A stretch of 64,000 bases of DNA from an uncultured Pseudomonadota bacterium (GTDB lineage: Bacteria; Myxococcota_A; Polyangia; Fen-1088): NCBI GenBank assembly GCA_963847705.1, contig CAWKBC010000027.1, positions 672,001 through 736,000 on the forward strand, written 5' to 3'. The stretch's first letter is position 1. The number at the start of each line of letters is the position of its first letter. Of the stretch, positions 1 through 11,942 are shown piece by piece. The translations under genes were made by a program, and so were the position numbers. Under the pieces are notes generated by a model. That model had not been told where the DNA came from, ran no database searches, and saw nothing but the letters and a program-made list of their open reading frames with translations.

Positions 1-1399
<1,399 letters not shown>

Positions 1400-1429
1400 C
1401 GCTCGAGGCTGACCCCTCGTCCGAGTCGG

Positions 1430-2251
1430 TTGGCCAAAGTGACCACGGCAACTGACCGCTGTCTGATCGTCGCGGTTCTGAACTGCACGCCGGACTCATT
1501 TTCGGATGGGGGACGGTTTGCCGCGGCGGAGACGGCGATCGAGGCCGGGGTGCGGATGGCGCGGGAGGGGGCAGACTGGATCGACGTTGGTGGCGAGTCG
1601 ACGCGCCCGGGGGCGGCCGTGGTGGGCGAGGCGGAGGAGCGGGCGCGGGTGTTGCCGGTGATTGTGGGGCTGAGGGCGCGGCTGCCCGACAAGACGCGCA
1701 TCTCGATCGACACGTACAAGGCAGGGACGGCGCGGGCGGCAGTGGCGGCGGGGGCGACGGTGGTCAATGACGTGTCGGGCGGTCAGCTCGATCCGGCGAT
1801 CCTGGGGGTGGCGGCCGAGACCGGCGCGGCGATCGTGCTCGGTCATCTGCGTGGCGCGCCGGCCTCGATGATGGAGGGGATCGCGTTCGCGGACGTCGTT
1901 GCCGAGGTCGGGGGAGAGCTTGCGCAGCGGGTCGATGCGGCGCGCCGAGCCGGGTGCCGGGAGGTGTGGGCCGATCCCGGCATCGGATTCGGCAAACGGA
2001 TCGAGCACAACCTGGCGCTGTTGCGGGCGCTCCCGGAGCTGCGGGCGCGGGTCGGCGTTCCACTCATGGTGGGTGTCTCGCGCAAGGCGTTCATCGGCCA
2101 GCTCACGGGCAAACCGGCGGAGGAGCGCCAGTTCGGGACCGCGGCCGCGGTGACGGCGGCGGTCCTCGGCGGAGCCGCGGCGGTGCGCGTGCACGACGTC
2201 GGTCCGACGCGGGACGTCTTGGCTGTCGCCGAGGCTCTCCTCCGTGATTAA
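1430..2251 (+). CDS. folP: dihydropteroate synthase
   Basis: LNCTPDSFSDGG, IDVGGESTRPGA, DPGIGFGK, SRKAFIG, RVHDV motifs; usual position after ftsH. Confidence 0.96.
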   Translation: MAKVTTATDRCLIVAVLNCTPDSFSDGGRFAAAETAIEAGVRMAREGADWIDVGGESTRPGAAVVGEAEERARVLPVIVGLRARLPDKTRISIDTYKAGTARAAVAAGATVVNDVSGGQLDPAILGVAAETGAAIVLGHLRGAPASMMEGIAFADVVAEVGGELAQRVDAARRAGCREVWADPGIGFGKRIEHNLALLRALPELRARVGVPLMVGVSRKAFIGQLTGKPAEERQFGTAAAVTAAVLGGAAAVRVHDVGPTRDVLAVAEALLRD

Positions 2252-2268
2252 ACTTCGCGTAACCCCCC

Positions 2269-3638
<1,370 letters not shown>

Positions 3639-3639
<1 letters not shown>

Positions 3640-4367
3640 TGATCCGCCTCTACGTCAACGTCGACCACGTGGCGACCCTGCGCCAGCAACGCGGCACCCG
3701 CTACCCCGATCCGGTCGCCGCGGCGACGTTGTGCGAGCTGGCCGGCGCCGACGGCATCACCGTGCACCTGCGCGAGGATCGCCGCCACATTCAGGACCGC
3801 GACGTGCGGGTCCTGAAGGAGACGGTGCGCGGCGTCCTCAACCTGGAGATGGCCGCCACCGACGAGATGCTGCGGATCGCGCGCGAGGTGAAGCCCGACT
3901 TCTGCACGCTGGTCCCGGAGAAGCGCGAGGAGCGGACGACAGAAGGAGGACTCTCCGTGGGGCCAGGTGGGCAGGTGGAGAAGGTCACGCGAGGTCTGGC
4001 GGAGGCGGGGATCGGCGTCAGCTTGTTCATCGATCCGGAGCCACGCGTGGTCGAAGCATCGGCGCGTCTCGGCGTGGGCACCGTCGAGCTGCACACGGGG
4101 GACTATTGCCTGGCGCCGGCCCGCAGCGCGGCAGCGGCGAAGCAGCTGCAGCGGCTGGAGCTGGCGGCGCGGGCGGCGGCGGACGCCGGGGTGCGGCTGG
4201 GGGCGGGCCACGGGCTCGACTACGCGAACCTCGCGCCGGTGGTGGCGCTGCCGGGGCTCGAGGAGCTCAACATCGGGCACGGCCTCGTCGCGCGGGCGGT
4301 GCTGCTGGGGATGCGCGCGGCGGTCGAGGAGCTGCGGGCGGTGATCGCCGGCGGCGCAGGAGCGTAG
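3639..4367 (+). CDS. pdxJ: pyridoxine 5'-phosphate synthase
   Basis: VNVDHVATLRQ, HLREDRRHIQ, ELHTG, AGHGL, ELNIGH. Confidence 0.97.
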
Positions 4368-4368
4368 C

Positions 4369-5976
4369 GTGGACTTTCCGCTGGTCCTCACGGCAGCGGA
4401 GATGCGGGAGGCCGACCTCGCGGTGGCGCGCGCGCTCGGCGTTCCGACCTTGCGGTTGATGGAGAGGGCCGGGCGGGGGGTCGCCGAAGTCGTGCAGCGC
4501 GAGCTGGGCGCCGCGCGGGGCCGCGTGGCGATTGTCTGCGGCAGTGGCTCGAATGGTGGTGATGGATTCGTGGCGGCGCGGCAGCTGGCGCTGGCCGGTC
4601 TCTCGGTGCGCGTCCTGCTGGCGGCGCCCAAAGAAAAGATCCAGGGTGACGCCGCGGCGGCGCTGGCGGCGCTCGAGCAGCTGGGGAGCGTGTTGGTGGA
4701 GGAGGGGAGCGCCTGGACGGACGAGACGACCTGGCGCACGCGCATCGAGGGGACGGCCGACGGCGGTGATGCCGGGGTCGACGCCGTCGTCGACGCCATC
4801 GTCGACGCCATCTTCGGCACCGGGTTTCGCGGTCCGGTGCGCGACGTGCCGGCGGCGGCGCTGGCGGCGATGAACGCCGCCGGTGGACGCAAGATCGCCG
4901 TCGACATCCCCTCGGGGCTGGACGCCGACAGCGGCCGCGCGGCGGGCGTGGTCTTTCGGGCCGACGTGACCGCCACGATGGGCGCCCGCAAGCTCGGCCT
5001 GGTCGTCGACGCTTCGGCTCCCGTGGGGCGGCTCGAGATCGTCGACCTGGGCGCGCCGGTCGACGCACGGATCGCCCCCTCTGCCCGCTGCCGTCTGCTC
5101 GACGGGCCCGGGATCGCCGAACGCCTCCCGCGCCGGAGCGCCGACGCGCACAAGGGGAGCTCCGGGCACTTGCTGGTGGTGGCGGGCTCGGCCGGCAAGA
5201 CCGGGGCCGCGGTTCTGGTGGGGACCGCCGCGCTTCGCAGCGGCGCAGGCCTGGTGACGATCGCCTCGACCGCCGCCGGGCAGATCGCGCTCGACGCCAA
5301 GGCGATCGAGCTCATGACCGCCCGTTACACCGAGGGCGAGGACGCGGTCCCGGCGGCCGCGCTCGCCGCGCTGGAGAGCCTCGCCGGCCGCGCGCAGGCG
5401 GTGGCCCTCGGCCCTGGGATCCCGACCGGCGCGGGAATGCGGGCAGTGGTGCACGCGCTGGCGTCGCGGCTGAAGGCTCCGATGGTGATCGACGCCGATG
5501 CGCTCAACGCGCTCGGCACCGAGGCGCCGAGGATCCTGAGCGGGGCGCCCGCCCCGCGCGTGCTCACGCCGCATCCGGGAGAGATGGGACGCCTGCTCGG
5601 GATCTCCATCGCAGAGGTGCAGTCGGAGCGGATCGTCCATGCGCGCGCTCTGGCCGCCGCGACGGGGGCGATCGTCGTCCTCAAGGGGGCGCGCACGATC
5701 GTGGCGGCCCCCGACGGCCAGGCGTTCATCAATCCGATCGCCTGCAGTTCGCTCGCCACCGCCGGGAGCGGCGACGTTCTCACCGGGGTCACCGGCGCGC
5801 TGCTGGCGCGTGGGGTCGAGGCGTTGACGGCGGCGCAGGTGGCCGTCTACCTGCACGGCGCGGCGGGCGAAGCGCTGGCACCCGAGCTGGGCGATGGGGT
5901 GATGGCCGGCGATCTGCCGCGGGCGATCGCCGGCGTCATGGTCCGATTGGCCCAGCTGGCGCGGCCTGCCGGCTGA
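4369..5976 (+). CDS. nnr: bifunctional NAD(P)H-hydrate epimerase/dehydratase (YjeF family)
   Basis: LMERAG, GSGSNGGDG, DAIFGTG, DIPSG, HKGSSG, DADALN, TPHPGE, AGSGDVL. Confidence 0.95.
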   Translation: MDFPLVLTAAEMREADLAVARALGVPTLRLMERAGRGVAEVVQRELGAARGRVAIVCGSGSNGGDGFVAARQLALAGLSVRVLLAAPKEKIQGDAAAALAALEQLGSVLVEEGSAWTDETTWRTRIEGTADGGDAGVDAVVDAIVDAIFGTGFRGPVRDVPAAALAAMNAAGGRKIAVDIPSGLDADSGRAAGVVFRADVTATMGARKLGLVVDASAPVGRLEIVDLGAPVDARIAPSARCRLLDGPGIAERLPRRSADAHKGSSGHLLVVAGSAGKTGAAVLVGTAALRSGAGLVTIASTAAGQIALDAKAIELMTARYTEGEDAVPAAALAALESLAGRAQAVALGPGIPTGAGMRAVVHALASRLKAPMVIDADALNALGTEAPRILSGAPAPRVLTPHPGEMGRLLGISIAEVQSERIVHARALAAATGAIVVLKGARTIVAAPDGQAFINPIACSSLATAGSGDVLTGVTGALLARGVEALTAAQVAVYLHGAAGEALAPELGDGVMAGDLPRAIAGVMVRLAQLARPAG

Positions 5977-8308
5977 GCCCCTCGAGGTGCCAGGCGACGA
6001 CCGTCGCGTCTGGCGGACCGTCGACCCGCGCGACGCCCGTCTCGTCGCTCATCGCCGCGACCGTGACACCGCCCCCCTCCAGCGTGACCCAGCGGCCGAC
6101 GAGCGGTGCACCGTCGGGCGCGCGCAGCCGGATCGCGCTGCCGCCGACCACCGGCCGGGCGCGCGCGGCCAGCGCGGCCCGCGCGTTGAGCGCCAGCGGT
6201 CCTTCCGGGCCGCGCGCCGCGACCTCGAGCGCGGCGCGCGCGTCGGCGAGCCCGCGCGCGCTCCAGGCCGCGGCCGCCCGCACCTGCAACGCCTCGAACG
6301 GGGAGGCCAGGAGCGAGGCCAGCCAGCCTCCGCCGCGTGGCGCCCGGGCGATCGCGGCACACAGGCGGGCGCGGACGGCAGGCTCGGCGTCGGCGAAGGC
6401 GCGCGCGAGCGCGGCCAGCTCAGCGTCGGAGAGTCGGGCCGTCGCCAGGAGATCGGCCGCCGCGAGGGCGGTCGCTCCGTCGGTGGCGAGGAGCGCCGTC
6501 GCGCGATCGACGACGGCGCTGTTGTTGGCGAGCCGCTCGGTACCGTCCGCGACGGCCAGCGCGCGCGCCAGCGGGCCTTGCAGGTCCGGCGCGGCGGTCA
6601 AGAATGCTTCGGCGAGAGCCGGGCCGTCGGCGGCGGTCACGTTGGCCGCGAGCGCGTCACCGAGCGCCTCCAGCTCGGCCGCGTCGCGCGTCAAGCGCGT
6701 CGCCGGCGCGGTCGTCTTCACTGCGTGCTCTGGGTTCGCTGGGTTCGCTGCGTGCGCAGGGTTCGCCGGGTTCGCCGGGTTCGCTGGGTTCGCTGGGTTC
6801 GCTGGGTTCGCTGGGTTCGCTGCGCTCGCTGCGAGCGCAGCCAAGAGCCGGGGGAGCGGCGCGCCGCCGGTGCGGGCCAGCGCGCGGGCGGCCGCGGACC
6901 GCACCGCGGAGTCGACGTCGCCGAGCCGGTCGGCCAGCGTCGGGGCGGCAGCGCGGACGGCGAGCCGGCCGGCGAGCCGCGCGGCGCTGGCGCGGACCCG
7001 AGGATCGCGATTGGCGAGCCCTCCGTCGAGTACGGCGACACTGCGGGGATCGGCCAGCACGTTCAGCGCCTCGAAGGCTTCCAGGCGGACGTCCGCTGGC
7101 GGCGCCTGGGCTGGCCGCGCCTGGGCCGGCGGCGCCTCGGCGGCGCGCGCGAGCGCCGGAACCGCCGCCGGGTCCTCGAGACGTGCGAGCGCCTGGATGG
7201 CCACCCGAACCACGGTGGCGCTGGTCTCGGGCGCCGCGATGGCCGCCGTGAGCGCGTCGGTGGCCCGGCGATCGCCGATCTCACCGAGCAGCGCGGCGGC
7301 CAGCGCGGCGCTCGACGGCCTGCCGCGGGACACCTCGACCGCCAGCGCCTCCACCGCTGACCGACCCGCCTGAAGCAGGCCCAGCTTGGCCTCGGGAACC
7401 GGGGGAGCGCCGAGCGCCGCGACCAGCGCGGCGACGGCGGCCGGCGTGGCGATCTGGCCGAGCGCGAGGTCGGCGTGGCGGGTGAGCTCGTCGGCCGGCC
7501 GACGCCGTGAAAGCCTGACCAGCGTCGGCAGCGCCGCGCCCCCGCCCATGGCCGGCGAGCCGAGCGCGTCGACGGCCGCCGCGCGGAGCTCTCCCGTCGG
7601 CTCGGAGGCGATCCGGATCAGCGCCGGGATGGCCCGGGGATCGCGAAGAGCGCCCAGCGCCCGGAGCGCCGACAGCCGGATCGAACGGTCGGCGTCGTCC
7701 AGCCGCTCGAGCAGCGGCAGCGTCGCCAGCCAGGCCGCCTCCGGAGCGTCGGCGTGCTGTCGGGTCACCCCCTCGACCACGAGCGCGGCCGCCAGGCGCA
7801 CCTCGCGGCTGTCGTCGTCGAGCGCGCCCAGAACGACCGGCAGCGAGGGGAGGGGGTCGTGGCGCCCGAGCACCGCCAGCGCGCGTATCCGCACCGGAGC
7901 ATCCCGGTCGTGGACCGCCTGCGCGATCGCCCGCCCGGCCGCTGGTGTCAGGGTGGCCGCCTGCGCGAGGATGTCCAGGCCCAGGGCGCGGTCGGCGGGG
8001 GGCCGCCCGGGCGTGGTCAGCCAGTCGACGGCCGCGGCCAGCGCGTCCGGATCGCCGGCACGTCCCAGCAGGCGCCCGACGTAGGTCCGGACCCCGGGCT
8101 CGGAGTCGGAGAGCAGCGGCCGGAGGTAGGGCCCGGCGGCCTCGACCCCCTCCCGCGCCACCAGCCGCTCCACGGCGGCGGGACGATCCTGCTCGGGGAG
8201 CGTGCTGAGCGCGCGCCCGTCGGTCTCCAGCGCGCCAGGCCAGCTGAAGTCGCCGGCGACGAGACCGAGGAGGGCGACCATGAGAGCGACGGTGTGCGCC
8301 GCGATCAT
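5936..8308 (-). CDS. exported HEAT-repeat protein
   Basis: Likely start MIAAHTVALMVALLGLVAG (hydrophobic leader) at 8308; many HEAT-like units (LDDDSREVRLAAA, DRDAPVRIRAL, NRDPRVRASAA); the upstream extension of the track ORF is antisense to the 8360 gene. Confidence 0.75.
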   Translation of the reverse strand: MIAAHTVALMVALLGLVAGDFSWPGALETDGRALSTLPEQDRPAAVERLVAREGVEAAGPYLRPLLSDSEPGVRTYVGRLLGRAGDPDALAAAVDWLTTPGRPPADRALGLDILAQAATLTPAAGRAIAQAVHDRDAPVRIRALAVLGRHDPLPSLPVVLGALDDDSREVRLAAALVVEGVTRQHADAPEAAWLATLPLLERLDDADRSIRLSALRALGALRDPRAIPALIRIASEPTGELRAAAVDALGSPAMGGGAALPTLVRLSRRRPADELTRHADLALGQIATPAAVAALVAALGAPPVPEAKLGLLQAGRSAVEALAVEVSRGRPSSAALAAALLGEIGDRRATDALTAAIAAPETSATVVRVAIQALARLEDPAAVPALARAAEAPPAQARPAQAPPADVRLEAFEALNVLADPRSVAVLDGGLANRDPRVRASAARLAGRLAVRAAAPTLADRLGDVDSAVRSAAARALARTGGAPLPRLLAALAASAANPANPANPANPANPANPANPAHAANPANPEHAVKTTAPATRLTRDAAELEALGDALAANVTAADGPALAEAFLTAAPDLQGPLARALAVADGTERLANNSAVVDRATALLATDGATALAAADLLATARLSDAELAALARAFADAEPAVRARLCAAIARAPRGGGWLASLLASPFEALQVRAAAAWSARGLADARAALEVAARGPEGPLALNARAALAARARPVVGGSAIRLRAPDGAPLVGRWVTLEGGGVTVAAMSDETGVARVDGPPDATVVAWHLEGLSRQAAPAGPIGP
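6722..6820. repeat. in-frame 9-bp tandem repeat, 11 units (Ala-Asn-Pro repeat)
   Basis: Nine (t/c/a)gggttcgc units plus two tgcgtgc(g/t)c units; encodes (ANP)7-AHA-(ANP)2-EHA on the minus strand. Confidence 0.95.
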
Positions 8309-8359
8309 CCGCGCAGTATAGCGGCGTGTGTTGTCGCCCGGATCGATTACACTCCCGGC

Positions 8360-8641
8360 ATGACGCGAGAGATCATCGTCAACATCCTGGAAGGCGAAGG
8401 GGCGGAAGGAAAAGGGGGCACGTTCAAGATCCCCGAGGCGCGCGAGGCGACCTGCTTCATCTCGAACCCGGGCGAGCTGCTGGCGATCGCGCGCGTCGTG
8501 AAGATCGAGCTGAAGGATCAGTACTTGACGCTCGCCACGGCGAAGGACGAGCGGTTCGTGTTCGCCTACAGCGACGTGCTCGGCTTCAAGCTGGCCGTCG
8601 CAGCACAATCAAAAGATCGCTCCGCCGGCTTCGGCCGCTAG
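8360..8641 (+). CDS. small hypothetical protein (93 aa)
   Basis: MTREIIVNILEGEG...SAGFGR; strong GC3 codon bias and protein-like composition; divergent from the HEAT gene. Confidence 0.75.
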   Translation: MTREIIVNILEGEGAEGKGGTFKIPEAREATCFISNPGELLAIARVVKIELKDQYLTLATAKDERFVFAYSDVLGFKLAVAAQSKDRSAGFGR

Positions 8642-8762
8642 GAGGGCGTCGCCGAAGGCGACGGTGAGCGGCGCGAACCATGCCCGACGACGTGCCGCCC
8701 GATAGGCGGCCCAAGGAGCCCGCTAGGAGGGCGTCGCCGGAGGCGACGGTGGGCCGGCGCGA
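8635..8762. repeat. two-copy REP-like palindromic direct repeat
   Basis: ccgctaggagggcgtcgccg(a/g)aggcgacggtg...ggcgcga at 8635-8676 and 8720-8762, each with a cgtcgcc-gaa/gga-ggcgacg hairpin, between convergent genes. Confidence 0.8.
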
Positions 8763-8779
8763 GGGCTGGCCCTCCCGCC

Positions 8780-10612
8780 TCAGCGCATCGACATCGACCA
8801 GCTGGCGATCGTCTTGCTGCCGTTGAACTTGGGGAAGGTCGGCATGCGCGACAGGACGCAGCTGGCGAAGCCGCCCTTCTGCCCGTTCACCTTCACGGCG
8901 GAGACCTTGCCGTTGCCGCGCACCACGAAGTCGAGGCTCATCTCGGAGAGCCCCGGGTTGTGCTTGCGCTCGCTCATCAGGCAGGGGACCAGGCCCCGGT
9001 AGTGGTGCATCATCGTCTCTTCGATCACGCCGTCGTCGAGCGTCTCGTCGCCGGCGCTGGCGTACTTCGAGGCGTCCCCGAAGTTCGAGTCGTTGCTGAA
9101 CTCGCCGTCGTCGGCCTTGGAGCCGCCGGCGTGGTGGCCGCCGCTGCCGCGCTTGGCGACCTGGGCCTTCTGAAAGCTGACCTTGACGTCCTTGAGGAAG
9201 GCGTCGACCTCCGCGTCCTCGCTGCGTGAGGCGAGCTTGGTCCCCTCGTCGGCCTTGCGCGTCCAGACGAAGAAGCCCACCAGGCCCACCGCCGCCGCCA
9301 GCAAGACCAGCGTGAAGAGGACGGTGACCGTCTTCTTCTTCTTGTCGACGCTCTCCTGCCGCTGCTCGGCGGCGGCACGCCGGTTCTGCTCGCGGTGCCG
9401 CTCGGAGGTCTTGGTGAACTCGCGCAGCGCCGGGAAGTCCTTCACCTTCTTGCGGGCGCCGGTGTCGCTGTCGACGATCATGTGCTCGCCGATGATCTCG
9501 CCGCGCTGAATCTGCGCCCGCACCTGGGCCAGCGAGAACGGACCGAAGTCCAGGCGGTCCTTCTGGATGAGCCACCGCTCCTGCGCCTCGTCAATCGCGG
9601 CTCCCGCCGCCTCGGCGACGTTGAAGGAACGGCCGAGCGAGCTGCGCGGCGGCGGGGCGGAAGGAGGTTCCAGCGACGGCTCCACCTGGGCCTGCCGCAC
9701 GGCGGCCTGGCGGGGCGCCGAAACCGACTGAGCCGGCAGGCCGCCGGCCTGGGGCGGACCGGCCGGCCCGAGGTTGGGCGTTCCGCCGGCCAGCGCGGCG
9801 GCCAGGGCGTCCCGCAGATCCATCGGCGAGGCGAACCGCGCCGCGGGGTCTCGCGCGAAGGTCTTGGCCAGGATGGCGTCGGCCACCGGTGGGACGTCAG
9901 CCGCGGCCTGGGTCACCGGCTTGAACGGCGATGACGGCAGTCGCCCGGTGACCACCTCGTACAGCAGGACGCCGAGCGAGTAGACGTCCGAGGCCGAGCT
10001 CGGCGGCGCGCCGGCCAGCACCTCGGGGGCGACGTAGACGGTGTCGGGGGCGCCGTCAGGAGCCCCGCGCCGCGCCAAGGCCGGCACGGTCCGCCCGAGG
10101 CCGAGCTCGCCCACCTTGACCCGGCCCGCCTTGTTCACCCAGATGGCCGTCGGGTTCAGCCCGCCGTGGGGCATGAAGCCGGCGGCGCGCTCGAGGCCGT
10201 TGGCCACGTGCGTGATGAGGTTGCAGGCCCCCTTGAAGGAGATGTTGCGCCCCTCGTTCCGCTTGTTGTCGATGAACTCGCGCAGGGTCTGCCCGTCGAG
10301 CAGCTCGGTGGCGATGAAGAACGAATCGGCCTCGCGTCCGGCGCTCAGGACCTCGATCAGGTTCTTGTGAACGAGGGCGCTGGCGTTCTCGACGTCGGTG
10401 ACCAGCTGCGCCGCCGAGGGGCCGAGCGCGCGCATCGAGATGATGCGGACCGCGGCTGGCCCCCGCCGGTTGGAGTCGGTGGCGCGGTAGGTCTGACTGA
10501 CCGCGTCCTGACTGAGGAGACCGTCGAGGCGAAAGCGCCCCCCGACGACGGCACCGGTTTGAAACTGGCCTGGGGGGGCCGAGACGGCAAGCGAATCACG
10601 TCCGGGGGCCAT
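8780..10612 (-). CDS. membrane-anchored Ser/Thr kinase-like protein (probable pseudokinase) with AgmX/PglI-like C-terminal domain
   Basis: Kinase scaffold (YVAPE, SDVYSLG, RDPAARF) with catalytic motifs lost; GYF-like WLIQKDRLDFGPFS; TM VLFTLVLLAAAVGLVGFFVW; C-terminal CLMSE...FVVRGNGKV...CV...FPKF. Confidence 0.8.
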   Translation of the reverse strand: MAPGRDSLAVSAPPGQFQTGAVVGGRFRLDGLLSQDAVSQTYRATDSNRRGPAAVRIISMRALGPSAAQLVTDVENASALVHKNLIEVLSAGREADSFFIATELLDGQTLREFIDNKRNEGRNISFKGACNLITHVANGLERAAGFMPHGGLNPTAIWVNKAGRVKVGELGLGRTVPALARRGAPDGAPDTVYVAPEVLAGAPPSSASDVYSLGVLLYEVVTGRLPSSPFKPVTQAAADVPPVADAILAKTFARDPAARFASPMDLRDALAAALAGGTPNLGPAGPPQAGGLPAQSVSAPRQAAVRQAQVEPSLEPPSAPPPRSSLGRSFNVAEAAGAAIDEAQERWLIQKDRLDFGPFSLAQVRAQIQRGEIIGEHMIVDSDTGARKKVKDFPALREFTKTSERHREQNRRAAAEQRQESVDKKKKTVTVLFTLVLLAAAVGLVGFFVWTRKADEGTKLASRSEDAEVDAFLKDVKVSFQKAQVAKRGSGGHHAGGSKADDGEFSNDSNFGDASKYASAGDETLDDGVIEETMMHHYRGLVPCLMSERKHNPGLSEMSLDFVVRGNGKVSAVKVNGQKGGFASCVLSRMPTFPKFNGSKTIASWSMSMR

Positions 10613-10674
10613 GGGTGGTCGCCGACTTTAACAAAAGTTGGGGGCAAACCGAAGCCGGGGTGTGGGGGACCACA

Positions 10675-11244
10675 TTATTTGCTCTCCACCACTTGCGGCA
10701 GCTTCTTGGCCTGGCCGATCCAGTCGGAGATCTGCGGCTCTGTGGGGGGCTTTTCCGAGATCTTGGCCGTCTTGTTGGCGGCGTCCATTGCGGCGGTCAA
10801 GGCCGCGGGATCCTTGGTGATCAGGTCGGCCGTGCTCTTCACCCCGGCCGCCTCGAACAGCAACACCATCTCCGGGCCGACGCCCTTGATCCGCAACAGG
10901 TCGCAGCGGTGGACCAGCACGAGAAGCTCGGGTCCCGGCATGCCGGTCGCCTTGCCGAGCGCCTTGCGCTCCTTGGCCGTGGCCCCCTTGGTCAGGAGCT
11001 CTTCGGTGGTCTCGACCTTCCCCTTGTGGAGCTTCTCGACCTGCGCCGGCGTGATGAGGCGCGGAACATCCGCCACCGCATAGTGGCTGGCGTTTGCCGC
11101 ACCGGCCCAGGCCATGAGCCCGAGCGACAACGCGATTCGCGTGAGCGCCGACGGGCTGCGCCTGGCGGCGCCTGTCCGCGGGGGATTCAAAGGACCTGTC
11201 GCCCGCTGGGGTCCTTTGCTCGAAAGGGGGAGCGTCTTTCGCAT
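10675..11244 (-). CDS. DUF4332 family helix-hairpin-helix protein
   Basis: CDLLRIKGVGPEMVLLFEAAGVKST...WIGQAKKLP resembles DUF4332; signal-like segment ending ANA; start uncertain. Confidence 0.75.
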   Translation of the reverse strand: MRKTLPLSSKGPQRATGPLNPPRTGAARRSPSALTRIALSLGLMAWAGAANASHYAVADVPRLITPAQVEKLHKGKVETTEELLTKGATAKERKALGKATGMPGPELLVLVHRCDLLRIKGVGPEMVLLFEAAGVKSTADLITKDPAALTAAMDAANKTAKISEKPPTEPQISDWIGQAKKLPQVVESK

Positions 11245-11255
11245 GTCAGCCTCCG

Positions 11256-11876
11256 TCAGAGCGTCTTGAAGCGGCGGACCAGCTCGCGCAACCGGCGCGA
11301 GCCGCCGCCTTCCCGGTAGATGAATCGCACGCCGGTCTGATTCGCGCCCGCATGGTAGACGACGCGGCCGGAAAGGTCGAATGACGCTTCGCTGCCGGGC
11401 GGGGTGATGTCCAGGACCACGTCGGTGCCGATGGGCGGCTGGACGGGCCCGAAGACGAGGCCTCCGCTGACGCTGATCTCGCGCAGCTCGGCGTCGACCA
11501 TGTCGAGCCCGGCGGCCACCCGGATGCGGCAGGGGATCCCGATCGGGATTCGCGTGTGCTTGCGGCGGCGGGTGGCGGGACGCTCGCCCCGCAGCGTCTC
11601 GAGCATGAAGTCGCGCTTGGCGCTCTCGTCCGGTTGAAAGGCCACGGTGGCCCCGGCCCGCACGCGCATCCGCGGCAACGCGGGCCGCCAGGCGGTCACG
11701 GTGCCGCGGATCAGCACCTTGTTGGGCAGGCCGTCGCAGGCCATCTCGACCACCACGGCCGTGCCAGGCGCGAGCTCGGTGGTCGTGGGGCAGAAAACGC
11801 CCCCGGTGGGGAGATCAAGCCGGTAGTGCTCTTCGAACTCTTCGAGGTTCCGGCAGCGGACGCGCAGAATGTTCAC
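11256..11876 (-). CDS. tandem PilZ-domain protein (myxobacterial paired-domain type)
   Basis: N-terminal DLPTGGVFCPT; C-terminal RRKHTR (RxxxR) and EISVSGG; GTG start inferred at 11876. Confidence 0.8.
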   Translation of the reverse strand: MNILRVRCRNLEEFEEHYRLDLPTGGVFCPTTTELAPGTAVVVEMACDGLPNKVLIRGTVTAWRPALPRMRVRAGATVAFQPDESAKRDFMLETLRGERPATRRRKHTRIPIGIPCRIRVAAGLDMVDAELREISVSGGLVFGPVQPPIGTDVVLDITPPGSEASFDLSGRVVYHAGANQTGVRFIYREGGGSRRLRELVRRFKTL

Positions 11877-11942
11877 GAGGGGGGCTCTCCAGGAAGACCA
11901 AAATAGCCGAGGCGCTTCGGATGTACTAGGGTTCTGCCCCCA

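Noticed and set aside
4777-4812. 12-bp triplication in nnr (VDAV VDAI VDAI)
   Set aside because: Small in-frame slippage next to the normal VDAIFG motif; no evident functional consequence.
8635-8762. Possible mini CRISPR array (palindromic repeat, spacer, repeat)
   Set aside because: Only two imperfect copies, no leader and no cas genes in the window.
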